In this document: piece after piece, positions 41,801 to 51,450 of the stretch
How positions within the stretch are numbered: position 1 is the stretch's first letter
Layout of the letters: each line of letters begins with the position of its first letter
From: Perna viridis
Lineage: Eukaryota
Assembly: GCA_037379345.1 (NCBI GenBank)
Contig: CM074523.1
Location: 11,786,551 to 11,850,550, forward strand
Reading direction: 5' to 3'
DNA length: 64,000 bases
Notes under the pieces: model-generated
What the model was told of the DNA's origin: nothing
Databases searched by the model: none
What the model saw: the letters and a program-made list of their open reading frames with translations, nothing else
Made by a program: the position numbers and the translations under genes

Positions 41801-44800
41801 GGTCTCTTCCTATCACACGGTGTAGCGCCAGAATTTATTAAAATTTCAACTAATGATATGTCACCTTTCTCACATGCAATATATAACGGTGTTTTTTCCA
41901 TTTTTGTCACGCGGTGAGGTGTTCGCAGTTTTTTTCAGCAAAACTTTGACCACTTCTCTAGCACTGCTTCCACATGCAACCTGTAACGGCGTTTGTCCGT
42001 TGTTATCACACAAGGAAATATCAGCATCTTTGTCCAGTAAAAGTTTTACAATTTCATCGTTCAATGTCTGGCAAGCATGATGTAACGGCGTTTGTCCGTA
42101 TTTATCACACAACGAAATATCAGCATCTTTGTCCAGTAAAAGGGTTACAATTTTTTTGCTACCCTTCTGACTTGCAACGTGTAACGGCGTTTGTCCGTTG
42201 TTATCACACAACGAAATATCAGCATCTTTGTCCAGTAAAAGGGTTACAATTTTATCGTTCCATGTCCGGCAAGCATGATGTAACGGCGTTTGTCCGTATT
42301 TATCACACAACGAAATATCAGCATCTTTGTCCAGTAAAAGGGTTACAATTTTATCGTTCCATGTCCGGCAAGCATGATGTAACGGCGTTTGTCCGTTGTT
42401 ATCACACAACGAAATATCAGCATCTTTGTCCAGTAAAAGTTTAACAGTGCGTTCGTTCCCAAAATATTCCTGGCATGCAACATGTAACGGCGTTTGTCCT
42501 TTTTGATCACGCGATAAGATATCAGCATCTTTGTCTAGTAAAAGTTTTACAATTTCACCGTTCCCTGTCATGCAAGCATGATGTAACGGCGTTTGTCCGT
42601 TGTTATCACACAACGAAATATCAGCATCTTTGTCCAGTAAAAGGGTTACAATTTTATCGTTCCATGTCCGGCAAGCAAGATGTAACGGCGTTTGTCCTTT
42701 TTGATCACACAACGAAATATCAGCATCTTTGTCCAGTAAAAGTTTTACAATTTCATCCTTCCATGTCCGGCAAGCATGATGTAACGGCGTTTGTCCTTTT
42801 TGATCACGCGATGAGATATCAACATCTTTGTCTAGTAAAAGTTTTACAAGTACATCGTTCCCTGTCATGCAAGCATGATGTAACGGCGTTTGTCCGTATT
42901 TATCACACAACGAAATATCAGCATCTTTGTCCAGTAAAAGGGTTACAATTTTATCGTTCCCTGTCATGCAAGCATGATGTAACGGCGTTTGTCCGTTGTT
43001 ATCACACAACGAAATATCAGCATCTTTGTCCAGTAAAAGGGTTACAATTTCATCCTTCCCTGTCATGCAAGCATGATGTAACGGCGTTTGTCCGTTGTTA
43101 TCACACAACGAAATATCAGCATCTTTGTCCAGTAAAAGGGTTACAATTTCATCCTTCCCTGTCATGCAAGCATGATGTAACGGCGTTTGTCCGTTGTTAT
43201 CACACAACGAAATATCAGCATCTTTGTCCAGTAAAAGGGTTACAATTATATCGTTCCTTGTCCGGCAAGCATAATGTAACGGCGTTTGTCCTTTTTGATC
43301 ACGCGATGAGATATCAACATCTTTGTCTAGTAAAAGTTCTACAATTACATCCTTCCCTGTCATGCAAGCATGATGTAACGGCGTTTGTCCGTTGTTATCA
43401 CACAACGAAATATCAGCATCTTTGTCCAGTAAAAGGGTAACAATTTTATCGTTCCATGTCCGGCAAGCATGATGTAACGGCGTTTGTCCGTATTTATAAC
43501 ACAACGAAATATCAGCATCTTTGTCCAGTAAAAGAGTAAATTTTATCGTTCGATGTCATGCAAGCATGATGTAACGGCGTTTGTCCGTATTTATCACACA
43601 ACGAAATATCAGCATCTTTGTCCAGTAAAAGGGTTACAATTATATCGTTCCTTGTCCGGCAAGCATAATGTAACGGCGTTTGTCCGTTGTTATCACACAA
43701 CGAAATATCAGCATCTTTGTCCAGTAAAAGGGTTACAATTTTATCGTTCCATGTCCGGCAAGCATGATGTAACGGCGTTTGTCCGTTGTTATCACACAAC
43801 GAAATATCAGCATCTTTGTCCAGTAAAAGAGTTACAATTTTTTCGCTACTCTTCTGACTTGCAACATGATGTAACGGCGTTTGTCCTTTTTGATCACACA
43901 ACGAAATATCAGCATCTTTGTCCAGTAAAAGGGTTACAATTTTATCGTTCCGTTTCTGGCAAGCAAGATGTAACGGCGTTTGTCCTTTTTGATCACGCGA
44001 TGAGATATCAGCATCTTTGTCTAGTAAAAGTTCTACAATTACATCCTTCCCTGTCATGCAAGCATGATGTAACGGCGTTTGTCCGTTGTTATCACACAAC
44101 GAAATATCAGCATCTTTGTCCAGTAAAAGTTTTACAATTTCATCCTTCCCTGTCATGCAAGCATGATGTAACGGCGTTTGTCCGTTGTTATCACACAACG
44201 AAATATCAGCATCTTTGTCCGGTAAAAGGGTTACAATTTTATCGTTCCATGTCCGGCAAGCATGATGTAACGGCGTTTGTCCTTTTTGATCACGCGATGA
44301 GATATCAACATCTTTGTCTAGTAAAAGTTTTACAATTACATCCTTCCCTGTCATGCAAGCATGATGTAACGGCGTTTGTCCTTTTTGATCACGCGATGAG
44401 ATATCAACATCTTTGTCTAGTAAAAGTTCTACAATTACATCCTTCCCTGTCATGCAAGCATGATGTAACGGCGTTTTTCCGTTGTTATCACACAACGAAA
44501 TATCAGCATCTTTGTCCAGTAAAAGGGTTACAATTTTATCGTTCCGTGTTTGGCAAGCACGATGTAACGGCGTTTGTCCGTATATATCACACAACGAAAT
44601 ATCAGCATCTTTGTCCAGTAAAAGGGTTACAATTTTATCGTTCCCTGTCATGCAAGCATGATGTAACGGCGTTTGTCCGTATTTATCACACAACGAAATA
44701 TCAGCATCTTTGTCCAGTAAAAGGGTTACAATTTTATCGTTCCGTGTTTGGCAAGCACGATGTAACGGCGTTTGTCCGTATTTATCACACAACGAAATAT

Positions 44801-44975
44801 CAGCATCTTTGTCCAGTAAAAGGGTTACAATTTTATCGTTCGCGTTCCATGCCTGGCAAGCAACATGTAATGGCGTTTGTCCAATATTATTACTCAATGA
44901 TGTATCCGCATTTTTGTCCAGTAAATATTTTACTTTGTTTATCTGTCCTTTACGACAGGCAATATGTAAAGGCAT
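28842..44975 (-). CDS. Copy B: spliced ankyrin-repeat / NAL1-like trypsin-fold serine protease gene (exons 41544-44975, 37891-37999, 31575-32756, 28842-29833); 3 frameshifts, either assembly errors or recent pseudogenisation; true 5' end uncertain
   Basis: Donors CATG|GTAAGA (41544), GAAG|GTAATT (37891) and CTTG|GTAAGT (31575). Acceptors ttttcag (37999), tttgtag (32756) and ttttacag (29833). Phases match (phase 1) if one A is removed from the A6 run in the small exon. Copy A has the same exon layout. Confidence 0.8.
31575..32756 (-). CDS. Copy B exon: helical region, NAL1-like pro-region and N-terminal half of the protease (catalytic His and Asp)
   Basis: Open 1182-nt exon containing LHLYSRLKGFVPVGESHFP..GLPVDVIEG, GSTVG..GTLGGFV, YLTCAH (His codon 31855-31857) and SVDAAVV (Asp codon 31678-31680). 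Confidence 0.88.
32888..35520 (-). mobile_element. Degenerate near-full-length Penelope-like retroelement with N-terminal GIY-YIG endonuclease followed by RT (Naiad-type domain order), inside a copy B intron
   Basis: Minus-strand order: KCSIKNCKTC, NLIYGLECNLC, REEYWIR..GTAIPYGCND (GIY-YIG), then SKGPKYREP, MGINCAPLLADLFL, FRYIDDVL, SYLDL and TKLYDKRD..F..VNFP..SAPAYGVFISQLIRYARAC, then a 3' UTR. Many stops and frameshifts. Confidence 0.88.
36320..36830 (+). mobile_element. CR1/L2-group LINE 3' end remnant
   Basis: VPRVRTTTHGAHPFRYGGAKLWNELSN..W.GSSC then stop, followed by a T-rich 3' UTR with an aaagctct..agagcttt hairpin. Confidence 0.65.
37891..37999 (-). CDS. Copy B linker exon (DTLMTNPLVLHRYAIDCIVNAKQGRYTLHKEK...), not in the ORF track
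   Basis: AG/GT boundaries and clear homology to copy A exon 9567-9674. It is 109 nt versus 108 nt, with the extra base in a homopolymer. Confidence 0.8.
39830..40235 (-). mobile_element. Penelope-like 3' fragment in a copy B intron
   Basis: Similar to about 32900-33385 with deletions. Absent at the paralogous site in copy A (about 10510). Confidence 0.82.
41544..44975 (-). CDS. Copy B ankyrin exon, about 34 repeats of 33 aa (99 nt)
   Basis: ORFs 43512-44975, 41870-43504 and 41491-41910 give repeated DxxGQTPLHHACxxxNDKIVTLLLDKDADISLC. Frameshifts at about 43537 (2-nt loss) and about 41895 (extra A in a run). The exon ends ...NAVH-G at a GTAAGA donor. Confidence 0.93.
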
Positions 44976-45627
44976 GTCTCCATTATCTATAATTAATTAT
45001 TTTGTTTGTATTAAATTGGATTTGTCTTTAAGTAAAAGTTAGTTTTTAGACGTTGAAGTATGCAGATGTGTTGTACTTATACCTTATTCTACAGATCTTA
45101 AAACGTACAGGATTCCCATTTACACCATATACTATCCCTTATTCCCCGTTTTCACCAAAATTACCCATTCCTCATAGAAAAACCACCATCCCAAAATAGA
45201 AGTCCCATTGCCTTTTTTTTTAAATATTCACATTATCAAATTCCTTTCATATATGGTATAGCTCTTTAATGGCATATGATGGAATGGAACTTCCCACCTA
45301 TAGGATATACCACCACCACCCCATTCCCCATTTCGCTTTCCCCATTACCCTTTAAAAAATTTTCATTGCCCATTAAATTCCCCACTGCATATTTTTTTAT
45401 CGAAGACTTTCATTATCAAACTAAATTTATTTTTTTTCTAAATTCTAAATATTTTAAGCTAAATTTAAATATATATTATTATAAATAAATTGTTAAAAAA
45501 AGTTTTCCAATCCTACTATTTGAAAATCTCCATTCCCCGACACCATCTTTGTCTCCATTCTACATTATCCATCTCCCATTCCCCTTTCCCCAAATACAAT
45601 TTAATGGGAAACTTTTCTTATACAAGT

Positions 45628-46165
45628 GCTGTAACACCCCTTCAGCACCTGCGTATCACATCAAACTCATACGTTTCGCCTACCCCAGACTTGACTTTTT
45701 ATATGCACCCCCACTATAATTTCTAGAAAAGCAGAGGACGCTAACCCTACCGGTGCACATGATGCTCATGAAAATGCATGTTTGGGGTCCACAAAAGGGA
45801 AAAGGAAAACGATGAAACAAACCGGTTCTCATGGTGCAGATGAATACACCGTATCAATCCATGAGTTCATTTTGACGACTATTAAACTTCTGTAGTGATG
45901 ACGTCAATCTTCTATCAATATTACCCTAGGCCTGTTCTAGGGATGTTGCTACAGATGGAAGGAATGTTGACAATACAGAATGAAAAGATATCGTGTTCAT
46001 CGAATAGTTTGTTTAATAGTTTCTTTTACCATCAATCTCTAAGTGTAGGCCAATATATGAGGCTGACTTCACAGTGCCTGTAGTATTCTCTATCTCAAGT
46101 TCTTTTGGGTAGTTGCGATGTAAAAAAATACCCGAAACTAGGATTTTTTAACGGTAATACGTCAC
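45628..46165. mobile_element. Penelope-like remnants paralogous to 13258-13870
   Basis: Same + fragment then - fragment junction (gaggacgctaaccctaccggtgcac..atgctcat). Confidence 0.8.
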
Positions 46166-46193
46166 ACACACACACACACACTCACACTCACAT

Positions 46194-46740
46194 ATATATA
46201 TATATAAGGGTCTGAAAAATTTCCAACGATGTTAAAATTGTCAAATTTGCGAAGCAAATTTTTGGTCGTTCCCTCCGCGAGACTCGAACTCGTACCGCTG
46301 TGACATCTATGGCAACACCTCCTGCACAAAGTCCAGCGCCCTAGACCACTCAGCCAGAAAGGCTATATAAAAATATAGCTTTCGCTGGCAGGGTCATTCC
46401 TCCTCGTAGGATTAATCTATGGCTGTAACTTAATACACGATGTATGGTAGTACGGGACAGTTCATCTAGGTGTCATTTTGTTGGAAAGTTGATCAAATTA
46501 ATAATGCATGTCACAACAAATCAATATTATACAACGTCTCAAAATGTTACGACTCTATTCGCTACACTGCTCCGTCGGATCAAATTGATACAGGGAAGAT
46601 TGACTTTGTGCAGGCATAGATATTGCCATAGATGTCACAACAGTACGAGTTCGAGTCCCGCGGAGGGAACGACCAAAAATTTGCATCGCAAATATGACAG
46701 TTCTAACATCGTTAAGAATTTTTCAGACCTTCCTATATAT
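46194..46740. mobile_element. SINE-containing composite: minus-strand unit plus inverted partial copy, TA-flanked
   Basis: Reverse SINE at 46207-46370, unit flank to about 46600, then forward SINE 3' half at 46612-46732. Confidence 0.78.
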
Positions 46741-48664
46741 ATTGGTGTTTCAACGTTGGCCCAACGTAGTATCGCAGTTTAGATCCCACACAATAGTTGG
46801 TTTCATACAACCGGATTTCCTTTCTAGTTTTACTTTCTTGAGACCGACATACATTTTTGCATCAAGAATAATATTTAGTCTTTTTTAACATTTTTGTTAC
46901 CCAAGTCGTTTCGACGTTGGTTCAATGTTGGTTCAGTGTTGGCTCACTGTTTCTGGGTTGAACAGATGTAGAATAATGCAAATCATGTAATCATGGTTTT
47001 GATTTAAAAATCAGAATTTAACAATACTCTCACGCAGAATTCGCTTCTAAAACAAATTTTTAAAGAGAAATATAAAATGAAATGGTTGTTCAAATATAGT
47101 AGGACCAACGTTTGACCAACGTTGGGCCAACGTAGTATCGCAGTTTAGATCCAACACAATATTTGGTTTCATACATCTAGATTTGCTTTCTAGTTTTACT
47201 TTCTTGAGACCGACAAACAGTGTTGGCTCACTGTTTCTGGGTTGAACAGATGTAGAATAATGCAAATCATGTAATCATGGTTTTGATCTAAAAATCAAAA
47301 TTTAACAATACTTTCACGCAGAATTCGCTTCTAAAACAAATTTTTAAGGAGAAATATAAAATGAAATGGTTGTTCAAATATAGTAGGGCCAACGTTTGAC
47401 TAACGTTGGGCCAACATAGAACCTGTATATGATATAAAAGTATTTAAATATTTTTACTATACGATTTTCATGAACATTTGACAAACTGGTTGGACTATTT
47501 ATAACTTTCACAATGGTATAGTCTTATATTTTACTAAATGTTATAATATTTGAACTAATTATTAAACAGAATCGCTAAAACATTGTGATCTCACCATTAT
47601 CATATTCAAGGTATGAAATGTCAAACAAGTTCTCCGTATCTAAATTTACTTTGTGAAACATCGATGTCTTCATTCTTTTCTCCCTCGATGATGACTCATC
47701 TTCCGAAAATCCTAACGTCGTTCCCAGGATATGGTCAGTGTCGAAACCTAAGGTAAAAACATTTTCTAAACGACATAGTTAACCCTTATAATTAAAGGCT
47801 CTAGAGAGCTTGAATCGCTTACAAGGTCCAAAATAATTGATAAGCCTTCTAAGGGAACTTAGAATTGGACTCTCGACCGACCCTTCCTATACTATTGTCA
47901 TAAAAATCATTTAATTACTAGAGATAAAAGATATATCTGTCATAGAAATGCTCTGACCAGGTGAACTATTAACGTAAAGAAATATATGAAACATGTTAAA
48001 TAAGGCAAGAGAATCAAACATAACGCCAACAGTTGTAGACGGATCTGTCTTACAATTTCAGCAAAGGTCCGTCTCAACTAGCTGATCAAATTTGCTTGCC
48101 GCCAAATTTTAACTTCATCCAAACATTTTGGATTTATTTGCAAAGAATCTTACTTGGCCCGTTTAGAAACATCAACAATGTTATCCATCAGAAAAGGAGT
48201 TTGGAATGTAAAAAATTGCAAAAATTCCATTTAAAAGTCAATAATTCCAATATCGGTCAACATATCTTTATGTAAATGTCGGCAGAGGTCCATCCCACCG
48301 TACTGATTAACATACTCACGTCACAGTTAAACTAAACCCCTTTAATTTCGAGTAATTTAGAATTATGTAGGAAATTTGGGGAAAAAATCTATCTAAAGGT
48401 CCATATTGCAAACATTCGTCAACGGATCTTTTTAAAAATTGCGGCATAGGTTGAAAATCTCTATTCCCTGTCAAATATTAGCTACACCATCTTTTGAGTT
48501 ATTCGCAAATTTCTGAAATTTGGCCACTATGGCCTATTCTTAGTAACGGCGGTCACGTTTTTCGCGAAACACGGATTGTCAGATCCAGATAGTAGTGTAT
48601 CATTTAGAAAGTACTTGTAGTATAGGGTATTATACTTATTTACCACCTTAACAAATCAGGAGAC

Positions 48665-48667
<3 letters not shown>

Positions 48668-48710
<43 letters not shown>
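48668..48710. repeat. (TA)n microsatellite
   Basis: Read directly from the sequence. Confidence 0.95.
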
Positions 48711-48713
<3 letters not shown>

Positions 48714-49645
48714 ACGTCTCAGAATGTGACGACTCTATTTACTACACTGCTCCATCGGATCAAATTGATACAGGGAAGATATATTAGCGTATAGAGAGGT
48801 CTGAAAAATTCCCAACGATGTTAGAACTGTCATATTTGCGATGCAAATTTTTGGTCGTTCCCTCCGCGGGACTCGAACTCGTACTGCTGTGACATCTGTC
48901 CCGTACCACCATACATCGTGTACTAAGTTACAGCCATAGATTAATCCTACGAGTAGAAATGACCCGGCCAGCGAAAGCTATATTTTTATATAGCCTAGCT
49001 GGCCGAGTGGTCTAGGGCGCTGGACTAAGTGCAGGCGGTGTTGCCATAGTTGTCACAGCGTTACGAGTTCGAGTCCCGCGGAGGGAACGACCAAAAATTT
49101 GCTTCGCACATTTGACAGTTCTAACATCGTTGGGAATTTTTCAGACCCTTCTATAAGTTTACGTTATCTTCTCTGTATCAATTTGATCCGATTGAGCAGT
49201 GTAACGAATAGAGTCGTCACATTCTGAGACGTTGTATAATATTGATTTGTTGTGGCATGCATCATTAATTTGATCCTCTATCCTACATAATAACACCTAG
49301 ATGAACTGTCCCGTACTACCATACAATGTGTACTAAGTTACAGCCCTAGATTAATCCTACGAGGAGAAATGATCCGGCCAGCGAAAGCTATATTTTAATA
49401 TAGCCTAGCTGGCCGAGTGGTCTAGGACGCTGGACTTAGTGCAGGCGGTGTTGCCATAGATGTCACAGCGGTACGAGTTCGAGTCCCGCGGAGGGAACGA
49501 CCAAAAATTTGCTTCGCAAATTTGACAGTTCTAACATCGTTGGGAATTTTTCAGACCCTTCTATAAGTTTACGTTATCTTCCCTGTATCAATTTGATCCG
49601 ATTGAGCAGTGTAACGAATAGAGTCGTCACATTCTGAGACGTTGT
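48711..49645. mobile_element. SINE-containing array: inverted partial unit plus two tandem 410-bp units, within (TA)n
   Basis: Starts acaacgtctcagaatgtgacgactctatt and ends with its reverse complement. gagggaacga at 49081 and 49491 gives a period of 410. Confidence 0.82.
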
Positions 49646-51450
49646 ATATATATATATATATAGATATATTGGTGTTTCAACGTTGGCCCAACGTAGTATC
49701 GCAGTTTAGATCCAACACAATATTTGGTTTCATACAACCGGCTTCGCTTTCTAGTTTTACTTTCTTGAGACCGACATACAGTGTTGGCTCACTGTGTCTG
49801 GGTTGACCAGATGTAGAATAGAATAATGCAAATCATGTAATCATGATTTTGATTTAAAAAATCAAAATTTAACAATACTCTCACGCAGAATTCGCTTCTA
49901 AAACAAATTTTTAAGGAGAAATATAAAATGAAATGGTTGTTCAAATATAGTAGGGCTAACGTTTGACCAACGTTGGGCCAACATAGAACCTGTATATGAT
50001 ATGAAAGTATTTAATTTTTTTTACTATACGATTCTCATGAACATTTGACAAACTGGTTGGACTATTTATAACTTTCACAATGGTATAGTCTTATATTGTT
50101 ATAATATTTGAACTAATTATTAAGCAGAATCGCTAAAACATTGTGATCTCACCTTTATCACATTCTTGGTGTGAAATGTCAAACAAGTCCTCCGTATCTA
50201 AATTTACATTGTGAAACATCGATGTCTTCATACTTTTCTCCCTCGATGATGACTCATCTTCCGAAAATCTTAACGTCGTTCCCAGGATATGGTCAGTGTC
50301 GAAAACTAAGGTAAAAACATTTTCTAAACGACATAGTTAACCCTTATAATTAAAGGCTCTAGAGAGCTTGAATCGCTTACAAGGTCCAAAATAATTGATA
50401 AGCCTTCTAAGGGAACTTAGAATTGGACTCTCGACCGACCCTTCCTATACTATTGTCATAAAAATCATTTAATTACTAGAGATAAAAGATATATCTGTCA
50501 TAAAAATGCTCTGACCAGGTGAACTATTAACGTAAAGAAATATATGAAACATGTTAAATAAGGCAAGAGAATCAAACGTAACGCCAACAGTTGTAGACGG
50601 ATCTGTCTTACAATTTCAGCAAAGGTCCGTCTCAACTAGCTGATCAAATTTGCTTGCCGCCAAATTTTAACTTCATCCAAACATTTTGGATTTATATGCA
50701 AAGAATCTTACTTGGCCCGTTTAGAAACAACAACAAAGTTATCCAGCAGAAAAGGAGTTTGGAATGTAAAAAATTGCAAAAATTCCATTTAAAAGTCAAT
50801 AATTCCAATATCGGTCAACAGATGTTTATGAAAATGTCGGATCCGTCCCACCGTACTGATTAATTTACTCACGTCACAGTTAAACTAAACCCCTTTAATT
50901 TCGAGTTGTTTAGGATTATGTAGGAAAATTGGGAAAAATGTATCTAAAGGTCCATATTGCAAACATTCGTCAACGGATCTTTTTGAAATTTGCGGCATAA
51001 GTTGAACAACTCTATTCCCTGTCAAATTTTAGCTACACCATCTTTTGAGTTATTTGCAAATTTCTGCAATTTGGCCACTATGGCCTATTCTTAGTAACGC
51101 GGTCATGTTTTTCGCGAAACACGGATTGTCAGATCCAGATAGTAGTGTATCATGTAGAAAGTACTTGTAGTATAGGGTATTATACTTATTTTCCACCTTA
51201 ACAAATCTGGGAGACCTATCTGCAATATAGAAGGTCATATACAGCAGATATATTGCGATATGTTCTCAGGAGAGTAAGATGATAGACATATCTATCTATC
51301 TGAATCATCATTGGACCAATCACTTTGTGGAGGAAATAAACAGTAAATCAAAAATAACACTTGCAATTTAGATTTCACAAAAGGCAGGGTCGATGACTTT
51401 CATTTCAGACTGTTGACAATAACTGTTTAATTGTTATTTAAACCTGGCAA

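Larger units (their letters stand above)
46736..51218. repeat. Local tandem duplication: 46736-48668 and 49665-51218
   Basis: Colinear, highly similar blocks from attggtgtttcaacgttggcccaacg to ggagacct. The first copy has an extra unit of about 285 bp rich in CAACGTTG (about 47096-47380). Confidence 0.9.

Noticed and set aside
41950-44900. CRISPR-like look of the recurring tgtaacggcgtttgtcc motif
   Set aside because: The intervening sequences are homologous and in frame, the period is 99 nt, there are no cas genes and the context is eukaryotic.
41974-44992. Long plus-strand ORFs with HDVTAFVRCYHTTKYQHLCPVK repeats (156, 321 and 479 aa)
   Set aside because: They are antisense shadows of the 99-nt ankyrin units. 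A stop-free unit repeated in tandem gives a long ORF automatically.
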